A stretch of DNA of 64,000 nucleotides, from NCBI GenBank assembly GCA_026770705.1, contig JANJGN010000009.1, positions 13,392,001 through 13,456,000 on the forward strand, written 5' to 3'. The translations under genes were made by a program, and so were the position numbers. Under the pieces are notes generated by a model. The model made no database searches. It saw only the letters and a program-made list of their open reading frames with translations, and was not told the origin of the DNA. Every line of letters begins with the position of its first letter. Positions within the stretch are counted from its first letter, which is position 1. This document shows positions 26,130-39,950 of this stretch, in pieces. The DNA comes from Isurus oxyrinchus (taxonomy: Eukaryota).

Positions 26130-26625
26130 GAATCATAGAATGGTTACAGCATAGGAAGAGGCCATTCAGCCCATTGTATCTGTATTGTCTCTCACCTGGA
26201 GCAATTAACCTCGTGGCAGTCCGTTGCCCTTTCCCCATAGTCCTGCAACTTTTCCTTTTTGATCACATTTTCTTTTGAAAGCCAAAATGGAACCTGCCTC
26301 CACCATATTCTCAGGAAGTGCGATCCAGATCCTAAACACTCGCTGCATAAAAAAAGATTTTTTCCTCATGTTGCCATTGCTTCTTCTGTCAATCATCTTA
26401 AACTGGTGTCCTCTGGTTCTCGACCCTTCCACCAGTGGGAACAGTTTCCCCATATCTACTCTGTCCAGATCCCTCATGATTTTAGATACCTCTGTAAAAT
26501 CTCCTCTCAACTTCCTCTTCTCTAAGGAGTAAGCCCCAGCTCCTCCAATCTATCTTCATAACTGAAGTTCTTCATACGTGGAACTAGTCTTGTGAATGTT
26601 TTCTGCACTTTCTGTAATGCCTTCC
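26130..26625 (-). mobile_element. CR1 3' fragment
   Basis: ORF 26205-26510 MRGDFTEVSKIMRDLDRVD. Confidence 0.85.
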
Positions 26626-26627
26626 CA

Positions 26628-26968
26628 GACAGTGCTGTAGTGATATTGTCACTGGATTAGTATTCCAGAGACCCCGGGTAACGCTCTGGGGACCCAGGTT
26701 CAATTAAAACCATGGCAGCTGCTTAAAATTTGAATTCTATAAAAATCTGCAATTAGGAGTCTGGTGATGACCATGTTGTAAAAAACCCATCTACTTCACC
26801 AATGTCCTTTAGGGAAGGAAATCTGTTGTCCTTACCTGGCCTGGCCTACATGTGACTCCAAACCCACAGCAATGCGGTTGACTCTTAAATGCCCTCTGAA
26901 CAAGGGCAAGTGGGATGGTCAATAAATGCTGGCCTAGCCAGTGATGCCTACATCCCATGAAAAAATAA
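26628..26968 (+). mobile_element. tRNA-derived SINE
   Basis: A/B-box-like head, CCTTTAGGGAAGGAAATCTG core, LINE-shared tail; copies at 30491 and 60050. Confidence 0.8.
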
Positions 26969-26989
26969 ATCAAAAATTCCTATTTGAAC

Positions 26990-28885
26990 TGTTAGGTGTG
27001 CCCAACATCTTTTATATCTTTTAGAGGTATTGCTTTTTAATTTTAAAAAGTGAAAGAAAAACCCTGACAAATACCTGGAAGCTGGAAAGCCACACAGAAT
27101 TAAGATAAAATCCAATTCAAAAGGTAACTTGTGTTTCCTGGATAAGGTCAAAGTAAAAGGGTGAGTGTCATAAAATGGCAGGTGGACTTATTTAGCTAAA
27201 GATCTGGAGACATGACATCAAAGTTATTCCAGTAAAAGGTATAAATTAGTCATGTGGTTTCCCAGAATTAAGGAAAGTTTTAGAATTAAAATGTAGTTAA
27301 TATGCGTCTCTACCTGAGAACAGGCCCCGTGTGCCACATTGTTATGGAGGTTAGTGAGATTCTTTGTTTTGAGTATATTTCTGTGAATTCAGTTAGGATA
27401 TAGTCAGCAGGCAGGACTGGTTAATGTTTGGAAAAGCAGCTAAGAGACTGTCAGCTTTGAGTGTTATGTAGCTTGTAGCTCCTTGAAATTCAAGAGATAA
27501 ATCAAGACCTGAAGTACAGTAAATGCTCGATCTATTGTCCATGACACAGCCAGCAATTGGGAGCTGGTATATAAGACAAAGTTAGAAAGTGGAAAGCTAC
27601 TGGAAGATTTGTTTATCTTGAAGCTAAAGGAATAAATCTACAGTAAACCTCAGCGAAAGGCAGTTAACCTTGTTACAATTGGAATTCTGGAATAATCAGC
27701 TTGGTTGCAGTTTGAAACCATAGCAGTGGGCTATTGGAATCCAGTGGGGTGTCCTCTGATGTCTTAAGTCACTGTGCAGGAGTCGCAGGGAGGCCCATGC
27801 TGAAGCTATGGAATCCAGAGCCATCAGGTTTGTAGAAGGGTCACTTAGCCAAAACCAAATGCAAGGGCTCCATGAAATCTTGTACCTTGGAGAATAGCTG
27901 GAACACTGAAGAGAAATCAGATTGAATTCTGGAGACCAGAACCTTTTGAGTTTGTCCAAGGAAAAGTGAAAGAACCTTCAAGATTTTGTAAAAAGGGAAA
28001 TCTTGAGGGGAAGTAAAAAATAGAACTGAGTTTATCACACAAATCCTTATAACACATAAGGTAAAATAACGCGTGGTGACTTTGGGCAGGACTCCTGATG
28101 TCACTGCGCCCAATTTAAATTTTCAGGAAGGCGGGAGCGCAGCAACATCAGCAGCTCGTCCGCCGACTGTTAATGGCCAATTGAGGCCATTGACAGGGTC
28201 AATAAAACAATTAAAGGACCTGCCGGTCCAACCTTAATGTTGGCAGGTCGGCCAGGAGCCCCGACAGGAAATAGAAAAAACATGAAACCTCATCCACCGG
28301 CGGGATGAGGTTTTATGTCGGCTTTAAGAAATTTTAATAAAGATCTTGTAAAAATTATGGACATGTCCCAACTCATGTGACTTTGTCACATGAGGGGACA
28401 TATAGGAAATTTTTTTAAATCTATTTTTAATATTTTTGAAAGTAGAGGCGATCTCCCTGAGGCAGCACTTAGCCTCATGGAGATGAGTGCGCTCTTTCCT
28501 GTGCATGTGCAAAAGAGCACACTCTCGATTTTGGGATTCCTCCCCCCACTGCCCACACAGGGAGCGCATTGTGCTTCCATGCGGACATCACTCTGGGCAG
28601 GCCTTAATTGGCCCGCCCGCATGACATGACATGCCTCCAATCGGGGGCGCCGATTGGAAGCACGCCCGCATGCGCCCGCCCATCAACTTCCCCCCCCTCA
28701 ATGGGGGGAAAATTCAACCCATAGTGTTAAGGTAATAATGCCTATTTTGTTTAATTCATTTTGGTATTCAATAAAGTTTGTTTTTGTACAAAATTGTGAA
28801 ATCTAGTGGCGTAGTTCTGTTGGTTAATTGATTGGTGTTTGAATTTTTTCTTTCAATGTTAATGGTTCCTTACTGGATCATAACA
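26990..28885. mobile_element. Solo LTR-like element with 4-bp TSD and a nested MITE
   Basis: TGTTA...TAACA termini flanked by GAAC on both sides; AATAAA near 28770. Confidence 0.75.
28070..28720. mobile_element. Harbinger-type MITE
   Basis: Matches 57280-57931 and the right end of the 10813 element; ends AAAATTCAACCC. Confidence 0.85.
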
Positions 28886-30490
28886 GAACGTTATACTTTT
28901 TGTTAACTTACTAAATTCTTCTACATCAGGGGAATCAAGTGTATACAATTTTTTTTATTCATGTGGGCATCACTGGCAAGACCAGCATTTACTGTCCATC
29001 CTTAATTACTCTCAACCGAGCAGTTGGCTAGTAACACTGCTTTTCAAGAAAGGAAGGAGAAAGGAAACAGGGAACTAAAGGGCATTTAGCCTGAAATCAG
29101 TCATCATGCATGTGTTGGAGTCTACTATTAAGGAATTCATAACCAGTAGGGTAGATAAAGAGGAACAAATAGATATAGTATACTTGGATTTCCAAAAGGC
29201 ATTCAATAAGGTGTCACATAAAAGGTTAACATCCTAAATGAACTCTTGTAAGTAGTAAGGCCATGGTTAATGGTTAGACTGGTGTTCCCCTCACAAAATG
29301 CAAGAGTGAAAAGTCCTGACAGTACATTAATTTCTCTGCTATTTTAAAAGAAAATAATCCATATATTTTAAATGGGTAAAAGCCTCTGTTCAGTAGTGGT
29401 GGAGGAACATTGTATGTACATTACCTGCCCATGTGCAATAGCCATAACTCCATGTTGTTATACCATCTATCTGCCCATATACTGTGACGCAGTTCCTAAG
29501 TCCTTCACAAAAGTTGCCAGCAGCTCTTTCTTAGAAAAACCTGCCGTCAAACTCTCAAAGTACCATCTCTAACATTGCATTTCTCTGCAATGCTATGAAG
29601 CACCATTGCCTCAAAATTATGCCCCCATTACCTCTTGTTCAATGCCCTCTAATAAGGCTTCTGGCCTGCCTTCAGCACAGAGCTCCCTGTAACTTTGTTT
29701 GAAAGAGTAGATTTTGTGTTTTAAGAAGGTGTTTTAGAGCCTGGTGAATAGTTTGGGCAAAATACACAGTCAAAACGTGAACGTTTTTGTACTTTTGCTT
29801 TGGGCTCCAATTTCTACTCTTGGGTGCCAGCAGGATGTGACATCACATTCATCAATGTCCTCTTTCAGGGCTTGTTAGCACAGGAAGGGTAATAACTGCA
29901 GCATGAATCTGATTTATCAGCTGTTTGCCAAGATTCCTGGGGTGAGAAAAGGGGCAAATTAGGCAGATCAGCCATGTTGGGGAGAACAAGGACCTGGGGC
30001 AAAAATCTAGTCTGTTGAATTTCCATTTTGTTTTCACAGAAACCCAAATTCCAATCTGAGAAACAAGTTGAGCCTTTTTATGCTCACATTCTAGACATAT
30101 CATGTTGCTGCAAAATTGCTTGTTACCTTTCTAACGTATTTATTTTAATCCCTTTAGTCTCCATCACCATGCCTAGAGGATAGGTCTATCCCCAAAGTCT
30201 AAGCCAGATTTGCTATGCATCTGGTGATTAGGAGATGACCAAGAGTGGCTCATGATAACTTTTATGTTTTCCTTCTTTCCTGTGACATGTGACATCTTCC
30301 TTTCAGCACCTCTGGTTGACTGAAGGCTAAAATCAACAACACAGTAATTTTTGATTCATCTTCTCCTTCCACCACCCACTGTCATGAAACCACTTTGTTC
30401 ATGAAGTGCCCCCAACTGCTCCCATCTATCCCAGCTTCTAACTTCTGAATTTACCCCCTTCATGTTGTTATGCCATCAACCTGCCCATAT

Positions 30491-30782
30491 GGGGAGATGG
30501 TGGTATAGTGGTATTGTCACTGGACTAGTATTCCAGAGACCCAGATGGTGAAAATTGAATTCAAGAAAAATCTGGAATTAAAAGTTTGATGATGACACAA
30601 AACCATTGATGATTGTCTGGTTCACTAATGTCCTTTAGGGAAGGAAATCTGCCGTCTGTCCTACGCATTGACTCCAGACCCACAGCAATGTGGCTAACTC
30701 TTAAATGCCCTCTGAACAAGGGCAATTGGGAGTGGGAAATAAATTCTGGTCAGTGACACCCACATTCTATGAACAAATAAAA
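30491..30782 (+). mobile_element. tRNA-derived SINE
   Basis: Same family as 26628-26968. Confidence 0.8.
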
Positions 30783-31369
30783 ACAAAACACAATGGCATA
30801 GATCCTTTGTCCTTCACAAATGTTGCTATCTGCCCTTCTCCAAAAAATCTGCTGTCAAACGCTCAAAGTACCATCTCTATAATGCTGTGAAACATTGTTG
30901 CCTCAAAATTATGACCTCCACCACCTCTTGATAAATGCCTTCTGATTAGGCTTCTGGTCTATCTGCAGCATCAAGTTAACAATGGTCAAACCCATTGACG
31001 TGATTGTAACTGTGGCTCACTCTTCATTCTCCATCTCTTTGTTGCCTTTGATACAGATGAACACTCTTCCAATTTCCCTTCTTAATGATCCATTTCTGTG
31101 GAACTTCACTCTCATAATTCCACTCCAATCTGTCAACGTAGGCATGCCTCCCTCCCCTTCCTCCCCCACCCCTAACTCTAATGGCTTCTCAATCTTCATG
31201 GTCACTTCTGGTGTAGCCAGGGTTCCATCCATGGTCTCCTCTTTTTCATCATTTGCACCCTGGACCTCAGTAATATTATCCAGAAACACAAGGTTAGGGT
31301 TAACATGTATTTGAACAGTACTCAGCTTTACCTTTCCACTGCTTCCTCCTCTGACCCTGTTTAATTAAA

Positions 31370-31910
31370 CAACAACTTGCATTTGTATGACACCCTTAAT
31401 GCAAAACAAACAGATCACAAGGTACTTTATAGAGCTGTAATTTGGCAAAAATTGATGCTGAGCCAAAGGAAGAGCTATTAGGAATGTTGAGTGACAGCTC
31501 GGTCAAACAGATGGGTTTTAAAGAAGATCTTAAAGGTGGAGCATCAGCCATAGAAGTGGACGTCTTTAGGGAGGAAATTCCAGAGTGTGGGGTCTGGATC
31601 ATTCTGTAATTCAGCATGTTAGCACAACAATAACTACTTGTATTTATATAGCAAATTACATAGTAAAACATCTGAGGCACATCACAAGAGCATTAGCAAA
31701 CAAAATCTCACACTGAGCCACAAACGGAAATATTAGGACAGATGACTGAAAGCTTGGTCAAAGACAAGGAAGTGTCTTAAAGGAGGAAAGAGTGGTAGAG
31801 AGAGGAAAAGGTTTAGAAGACAATTCCAGAGCGTAGGGCATCAGTAACAAAAGGCATGGCCACCAATGTCAGAGAGATTAAAATGGAGATACTCAAGAAG
31901 ACCATTGATG
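31370..31910 (-). mobile_element. L2-type LINE 3' fragments (two adjacent)
   Basis: CAACTTGCATTT(G/A)TAT.. tails and AGCTTGGTCAAAG..TTAAAGGAGG motifs, repeated at 32285-32385 and 33415-33990. Confidence 0.65.
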
Positions 31911-32088
31911 TCTAGCAGAGTTGTGGCAAAGCCATGGTAAGCACAGTGCCATGCTACATCCCAGAGCTCAACATCTGCACTGTCTTTCAATCCATCAGTC
32001 TGTAAATCTTTTAATAACTTCTGACTTACACAGTCTTCTGGTTCCCTGATCGCATACTTTAGAGCAAAGCCAAAATATTACCAACTCC

Positions 32089-32273
32089 GTTCTGAGCTGG
32101 ACGAATAACATCGCACACAGTTCTGAGCTGGACGAATCACATCGCACACAGTTCTGAGCTGGACGAATCACATCGCACACAGTTCTGAGCTGGACGAATC
32201 ACATCGCACACAGTTCTGAGCTGGACGAATCACATCGCACACAGTTCTGAGCTGGACGAATCACATCACACAC
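32089..32273. repeat. Minisatellite, 6 x 31 bp (GTTCTGAGCTGGACGAATCACATCGCACACA)
   Basis: Units start at 32089, 32120, 32151, 32182, 32213 and 32244; no spacers. Confidence 0.97.
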
Positions 32274-32388
32274 CTTATTCACTGTTAACACAACAACTTT
32301 TTATCTGACACCTTTAACCTAATAAAATATACCAAGGCGCTTTGCAGGAAGAGCAAAATTTGACACCAAGCCATATAATGCCCATACT

Positions 32389-33414
32389 GGACAGAACTTT
32401 TGTTAGCCTGAGGAGGCAGAAGCAGAGGTGAGAGGGCCTGCAATTTCACCCTATTGGCCAAGGTGCGGGTCTCCCACCATGGACCTGTCTCCCAGCCATT
32501 TTCATTCCTGGAGAATCGGGAAAAGGGATGAGGCTACCCAATTGCAGACGATGGGTAGCCAATTAGGCCAGTTAAAGGGGCTATTAAGGCTACTCAGTGT
32601 TAATGTTGCAATTCAGTCACAATGAAGTACATGCCCTAGTTTTAAGTGACAGCAGCTGTCACTAACTGGGGAAAGTTTAGGACATTATTCTTAAGTATAT
32701 ATAAGGACTAGTATCCACCTGCGGAGGGGAAAGGAAAAGGGAGTCTGTGCCTGTGTTCTCTGGGTATTGTGAATAAACCTATGTTAAGGAAAGACTGGCT
32801 CCAGATTCTTCATTTACTCAGTGAATGAGCAGCAAATTCTAAGACTCAGCAGAAGCCAAATGGAATTTTCTAGTTGTCATAGGGACTACCCCACCTTTTC
32901 CCCCACCCCCCTCCCTTTAAGGCTGAAACATGGCAGAGGGATGAAGTTACCCTCCCAATGGAAGAATGGGAGCAGTGGAGGTCAGCACTCCATCCACCCA
33001 GAGAACCCCCTAGACCTCCACCCTGTACCCAACATGTCCACAGGGTCATAACTGCGGCCACCGGCTCCTCCACAATGATGACCTGGCAGCTGTAGCCCTT
33101 TTGAAATAAAAAAATTATAAAAGCTCTTCAGAGGATGCCTCAATTTTGAGGCATCCTCTCTCTCCCATCTACATCAGGCAGTGCCCATTTCTGATGGTGG
33201 GGCTTTGAGTCCTTTCAGTCCTGGAGAGCCTTCAGTTGGACCTCCAACCTCAGGAAATCACCCGCCGTCCTTAATTGGAGGGCAACCATGCTGCTTGTCC
33301 ATAATTGGCCTTTCCGTTAACAATCGCGTCATCATCAGGCCCTGGTGTGATGTCAGGTTGGAGCCTGGAAATGCAGGCATGTCAGGATCCCAATTGCGGA
33401 ACAAAAATTCATCC
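32389..33414. mobile_element. Old Harbinger-type MITE inside an L2 fragment
   Basis: GGACAGAACTTT...AAAATTCATCC termini; internal hairpin GAGGATGCCTC..GAGGCATCCTC. Confidence 0.6.
32598..32844 (+). mobile_element. Short solo LTR with 5-bp TSD
   Basis: CTCAG TSD, starts TGTTA, internal TATATATAA and AATAAA. Confidence 0.75.
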
Positions 33415-34860
33415 TATTAAGGCAGATGGACAAAAGCCCAAAAGCTTGGCCAAAGTGTGAAGTTTTATGGAGCACCTTAAAGGAGGAGAGGGAGGTATAG
33501 GCGTTTATGGAGGGAATTCCAGAGTTCAGGGCTTTGGCAGCTGAAGGCACGGTCACCAATGGCAGAATGATTAAAATTAAGATGTTCAAGGGGCCACAGT
33601 CGGAGGAGGGCAGATATCCCAGGGGGTTGTGAGGCTGGAGGAGATTACAGAGCTTGGGAGGGGAAAGGCTACGGAGAGACTTGAAAATAAGGACAGGAGA
33701 TTTAAAATCAATAGAGTGCTTGACCAGGATCTAATGTAGCTCAGTGAACACTGGGGTGACAGGGGAATGGGACTTGGCACAAAAAAGGGCACAGGCAGCA
33801 GATTTTTGGATGACTTCAAGTTTACAGAGTGTAGAATGTAGGAGGCTTGCTAAAGGTGAGGTTGGGATTGTCAAGTCTACAAGTAACAAAGGCATGGATG
33901 AAAGTTTCAGGGGCAGATGAGCTGAGGCAAGGGCAGTGTCAGGTGGTGTTACAGAGGTAGAAGTAGACAGACTTAGTAAAGTGGATATGTGGTCGAACCT
34001 CACCAGGGAACGGACACCTGACCGAGACCGGCTCCCGAACCTGATTGACAGCCAGCCAGTGTGAAAGGCGCGCTGAAAGGCTGAGCGCTGCTGGGGTGGG
34101 GGTGGGAGGAGGGCGAGCGCTGAAGTCAGCGCGGGCACGGGAGAGCATGAAATGAAAGCTCCCTGAAGGCGGAGAGCTGCCTCAGGGAGCTGAAGAATTT
34201 AAATGCAAAAAATAAAGATTTTAAAAACTGGGAAAAAAATGCCCACGCATCAGAATCAGTCACCGGAACATACGGATGATGAAAATTCTGTCCAAGCATT
34301 TTAATTTTTTTAAATTGATAGCGGAAACCTCATCCCGCCCGTGGTGGGGGTTTCCTGAAAAATGCAAAGGCCAGCCAACTGTAATGTTGGATGGGCAATG
34401 ATAAATCTCAGTTACTTGCTACTTTAATGGCCTTAATAGGCCTCTTAATTGTCAGCGGGTGCGCTGCCGACCCTCACGCATGCCCACCGACCGAAATATC
34501 GTGCAAGTGCGCGATGACATCTGGACCCTCGCTCCACGCCATCATGCGCTATTTCACGCTCGAGCGTGTCGGGCACGCGCCCGCACTCCAAGCGATAAGT
34601 TCTGCCCAGTGTCTCCAATATTTGATTGGAGTTCATTTCCGCTCATCCACTCCTGGATGTCTGGCAAGCAGTCTGATAATCTTTAGACAGTGGAAGAGTC
34701 GGAGAGGTGGTGGTGAGGTAGAGTTGGATGTCATCAGCATATAATCTGAAAACTAATGCTGTGTGGATGAGGTATAGGTGGGGACCAAGGATGGTGCCTT
34801 GGGGGTGCGAGAGTAGGCGTTAGGGGAATTGGGAGAGGTTGTTGCATTTATTTCTGTGGC
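33415..34860 (-). mobile_element. L2 LINE ORF2 fragment interrupted by a MITE
   Basis: Minus-strand YADDIQLYL (34710-34745) and KLEVIQKSAA..SHSPVTPVFTELH. Confidence 0.8.
33993..34607. mobile_element. Harbinger-type MITE
   Basis: Inverted homolog of 54413-55095; ends AAGTTCTGCCC. Confidence 0.85.
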
Positions 34861-35989
34861 TACTTTCTAACTTTTAGAAGTGAAGAGTGATTTACACGAA
34901 TCAAGAAATGAGGAAACATTGGCAGATTCACACCATCTTTGTCAAGCCCTTCTGTATTGTATTTTTATTATGATTTTTTTTCTCCCCTGTTTACTGTTGA
35001 TTGGGCCACACACCCCAATATAAAGCTCCACAGCTAACATCAGTATTCAAATTAGATTTACATCTCCTGGAAAAAGTAGCTCTTGGCACCAATAGAATGA
35101 TACGGAGAATTAAATTCAGAGGAAAAAGAATCCAATTGTGCGGCAAGTATAATTTATATTAATGTGGGAGGAGGTTCGAAGCTGTAATCAAGTGAAAACT
35201 TGCAATCTGATTTGCAGCGATTTAATGGTTTTCTTCAAGCTATCGTCCCCTGGGCAATTTGTCTCCATTCATGTATCTGAATGTATTTAGATGCTGTTGC
35301 TTTATACTCGTTCCTGGAATTAAAAATGCCTTGTACTGACCTAGCAGGTGCAGATACATTTGGCTTAGGTCCAGCATATAAAATAAAAGCTCAATAGGGT
35401 TCCTATTATGGTGATCTGCCCATTTCCAATAACTGTTGCTTTTGTTTAATAAGTTGCCAAAAAAAAAAGAGGGTTGAACGCTAATCTGCTCTGAAAAGAA
35501 CCAGGTTCAAACTACTTACTTCTAAAACTAAATTCTGCTTGAAAACATCTCAGTGACTACAGATTTTTTCTCATTTTAGGATTTCTTGCTGTGTCTCAAA
35601 CTCTCACAGACACCTGGCTTCATTCTCTTCTGACTGTATTTTCTATCCTTTTTTTTATATGCGATCAATGAGGTGATTTTGCACAGCACTTCGCAGACAT
35701 GAACTTTGAGAGAAAACTAATTTAGTTCAAACACACAAAATGCCCTAAATCGCATTTCATGAAATTCCATGTAAACCCCTTAGTAGGACTCGTTTGCCAA
35801 CACCCTCCGCCTCCCCCCCCCCCCACCCCCATCAACAGTTCAGTACTGTTGCAACATTGCTTCATAACAATGTCTATTCAGAGTTATTAATCCATACTCT
35901 TAATTTTAGAGAGATGCTACTGGAACTCTTGTAAGAACCTGGTATGTGTTTGTAGTTTTTCACGTTTAACACAGGACAGTTGAAACAAT

Positions 35990-38900
35990 GGGTGGAATCG
36001 TCCCAGATTAGCACTAATTGCGGTAGTGGGCGTGAAAAATGTCATTTATGTCATTTTACCCCTTTGCCACAATGGCGGGTTTTCGTGCTATATAGTCCCA
36101 TTCCTGGCATGCCACGCCTCATTAATAATGCATGCTCGGGAAATACTCCAGATCGCTGGAGGGACATCCTCTGATTCGCTTACCCCCAGAGACACCTCAG
36201 GACTAATAATCTGGGCGCCATGTTTAAAGGGCGCCCCTGCACAGAGCTAGCTTTCCCTAAGGGATCGAAAGCTGCTGGAAAGTCATGGCTGCCAAAGGGA
36301 GGAAATGTGCTGCCCCCCCAAATTTAGCCACGCCTCCCTCGGGCACCCACGGGATGCAGCGGAGACCTGATGTGAAGTCCTCTACCTCTGCTCTGTGCGA
36401 AGACCAACAAGCAAAGTCACCGATCCATCATAGGATGCGGTGGTAGCGGTGGTGAGCACCAACACCCTTCAAAAGAGGACAGTCACCCAGTGCCAAAAGA
36501 GGGTGAATGATCTCCTCCGTTCCACCAGGTTAAGTCACTCTTCTCATCACTCTCAACTCACACACTCACAAACCCCTCACACATTCACAGGGATCCCACT
36601 CACTGCCAGCTCAAGGGACATCACCCATTCACGCTCTCACACACACACCTTCATCTGCCCTGCAGACTGTGCCCTCATCCCATCCATGGCACCACTCACC
36701 ACCCACACATGCCAGGCATCCTTCTTATCTGGCTTTCGCTCTGTCTATCTGTCTTCATGCAGTACAAGCTGGCACACGAGAGGTGGCAGACTGGTGGAGG
36801 AATGCCGACATCAAGGTTCTCACTGACTTTGAAAATAGAGACATCCAGCTGTCCGGCGGTGACCTAGACCATTCCTGTGCTGATGGTGAGGTCAGTGATT
36901 CTCAACCAAGTGAGGATCCAGCAGTACAACATCCATCAGAAAACGATAATCTGAGTAAGTTCCCCTGATCTGCAGTCCCCTGCCAGGCACTAATTATCTC
37001 TCTTTGCTTTTGCAGGCTCATCTGGGAAGCAGCTGCGGGGATCCATGACCCAGGCCCTCGACTCAAGCCCTGAAGGCACCTCAATAGAAAAATCTGATGA
37101 CACCCTAATTGAAGACCTGTCTTAGCACTAACCCACACCCTCCACTAGTGCAGAGGAACAAACCTTGGTGGGACCTAGCTCTAGAGTAACCTTGGAATCA
37201 CAATCTGGTGAGCACAGTGCACTGTCTGACCCACAGCAGGCAGAGGCAAGGATTTCCCAGGTTCCTGGCACTCGGAGGACTGATGCAGGCCAGAAATCTG
37301 CTGAGTCTGATTCAGATGTTGGGCTTCTGGACTCAGTCATAGTTCAGTTGCTGGAGCTGCAAAGGCAAGTTCGGGAACATCAGGAAGGGACGTCTGCTTC
37401 ACCTCTTGGATTGCAAGGCATGATGGAGGAGTCCATCTGCCTTCAGTCTGAGGCAATAGTGCTGGTATGCCAATGCACCAATGCTATGGAGACCTTGGTA
37501 CAGGACATCGGCCCTGTACTGCTGCATGGGCTGAACTCCATCACAGATACCATAGTTGGCATCCAACAGTGTTAGCACAAGAGGGGTGCAGGGCAGCCCG
37601 ATCTCACTCCAGTTTCCCCTTCTCCTCAAGGAGTCAGCCAGGGGCAATCGGGCACCCACAAGGAGGAGGACCAGCAACTCAACACCCAAGGGCCCTCCAC
37701 CCAGGTGACTCTGGGAATGTCCGGCCGATCCAAATTCCCTCTTCCTGTGATGCCCGCAGCTCCAGCACAACAGGCCGAGGAGGATGCAGTCGGGCCACAG
37801 CTGGACAGCCAAAGCAGGTCAGGGACCTCCAGGTCTCGGCCCTCCAGAGGACACCCAGCAAGGTCATCACAGTCAGCAGACTGCCTCCACCTCCACTGTG
37901 GATGCCGGGGGAGCACCAAGATGTAGCAGCAGGGTTAGGAAGGTTAAGAAGATGTAGCTGCAAAGTCTGGGCACAGGTGTTAATCACTTGTACTTAATGT
38001 TCATTATTGTAAATAAATCCCAAGAATGTCTCCTTGCCTATGCTCCTTGTTATGATGAGCAGTGTTCCTATCACTCAGATGTGAAGCCTTGGTTCCTGCA
38101 CAAGATAGAGGCAGGTGTCTCAGTCCAGAGCCTCTTCCCTGTGCAGTGTGTAGCCTTCAGGCCAAAGTGATGGTCCAGCCTCACACTCACTGGATGCATT
38201 ACTGATGCCTGCACCTCGACAGTGCTTGTCATTGCTGCCAGAATGTGGTGGCAGGTGTCACTGAGTTCCGTCATTCTCTCTGTGTGCTCTCAGTACCTTT
38301 GAGCTGGCCTCCCACCTCTACAGTATCTGTGATTGGTGACGGTGTGCTCCTGAAGGTGTCAGGTGCTGAAGGCTGAAAAAGGATCAGGTGCATTTAAAGT
38401 TTCAAGGCTGTGTCTCGATTTTATGACCCTGATCACAGAGAGCAAGCGAGCTGCCCTCAGCCAGAGAGGAGTCAGATATTCTCACAAGCTATGTGAAGAT
38501 CTATGCAATGTCCTCTGGAATCTGGCGACTATTAGGGTCTCTGCTGCGTCTCTATGTCATGAGCCTGAGCACTGAGGGTATGTGCGCTGTCATCAGCCAC
38601 ACAGGAATCTCAAGTTCATGGGTGCAAGATGAGGATGTCAGGTCTGTCCTCACTGCATCCCGTCATCATCCTCCATGAATCTTGTGGCGATGAGGGCCTC
38701 CTGTGTGGCGCCTCTTCCTTGATGTCCTACAGGCAATGCTGGTGAGCGCTGCGCAAGGCTCTGTGCGCTCACCTCTGAGTTCCCCTTGATGAAACACGCC
38801 ATTCTGTAGTCACGGCGATGTGGGCGGTAAATTTGAAGTCGTGGAGATGATTCCTACGAGCAGGGCTTATAATGAGATGCTAAAGTATTGAAATTCGGTT

Positions 38901-39040
38901 CCCAATGTGCAGCGGCAGGAAATGCGGCCTGCCATTGATGCATGGAGCAGACAATCGCAAACTGGTTTCACAATGGTGTGAAACTGATTTTTGGCCTTCT
39001 CACCATATTGGCCTCACCCTGTCTGCCATGACGACCAACG
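35990..39040 (+). mobile_element. Harbinger-derived element retaining a decayed multi-exon Myb/SANT gene; transposase mostly deleted
   Basis: ATG at ~36285 (MAAKGRKCAAP.KF), KRTVTQCQKRVNDLLRSTR then a GT donor at ~36529; downstream low-complexity exons; minus-strand transposase C-terminus-like EALIATRF at ~38670-38720. Confidence 0.8.
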
Positions 39041-39229
39041 CAAATGACAGCTATGGCTCTGTTAGTACACACTCGCCTTTTGAATCAGCATATCATGGTG
39101 TCAAGCCCCCAAAATTGAACACATACTCTAGGCTAATAGTTTATTTTAGCCTTGGAGGTGGATGTAAAAGGACCCCTAACTATATTTTGAGCAAGTGCAG
39201 AGGCCAGCTCAACTGACTACAGTTTTGAC

Positions 39230-39950
39230 AGAGTACTGCAGTCAGGAACTTGAACAAGAAAAGGAGTGGGATGTAGAGAGACCAGAGAGCTGAAGTCCAG
39301 AGGCAGTAATTAGGTGCGCAGGTAGGTGGTTGCTTGGTGAGTTTTAAGATTTCTTGTTTTCTCCAAACTGGGGCAATAGTTTAAACTACTGCCACTGGTA
39401 GTAACTAGATATAAGTACTGTATTAAATTTATGGTTTAACTAGTTAACCTACTTAAAATAACTACAAATAATCATTGAGTGATATTCCTAAACTTGAACC
39501 TCCAATTAAACAAAATACAAAGTTTCCCAAGGCAAGGCAGGTGATGTGTTGCAGCTGTAGCATGTGGGTGGTGATGGACACCAGTGTGATCTAGAGCAGC
39601 TGCATCTGCAGTAAGTGTCTGCAGTTCTGGGAAGTCTGGCTCAGAGCTGCCGTCTGAGTTTCAGACACTGTGATGCACTAAGGAGGAAATTAGCTGGACA
39701 ACTTTCTTTCAGAAGGCAGTCACCCCACTTAGGTTAGGTACCTCAGATTTAATCTGTGGTCAGGAACAGGAGGATGTGACTATGCATAAGGCATGTATGG
39801 GGCTCTAGAAGGTAGCACTGGAGGATCCTCAGCCCATATGGGTTCGACGTTCTTACAGCCAGTATGGATAAGACCTGTGACTGAAGGGAGAATGAGCAAA
39901 CTGACCACAACACAGGGGCACAGGAAGCCATTCAAGTGGGGATAGTAAAA
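39230..39950 (+). mobile_element. CR1 5' UTR/ORF1 fragment
   Basis: QVMCCSCSMW...CICSKCLQ zinc-finger start typical of CR1 ORF1. Confidence 0.65.

Noticed and set aside
26628-26710. tRNA gene
   Set aside because: SINE head with degenerate boxes that runs into a SINE body; no complete cloverleaf
32089-32273. CRISPR array
   Set aside because: Contiguous tandem units with no unique spacers, no cas genes, eukaryotic context
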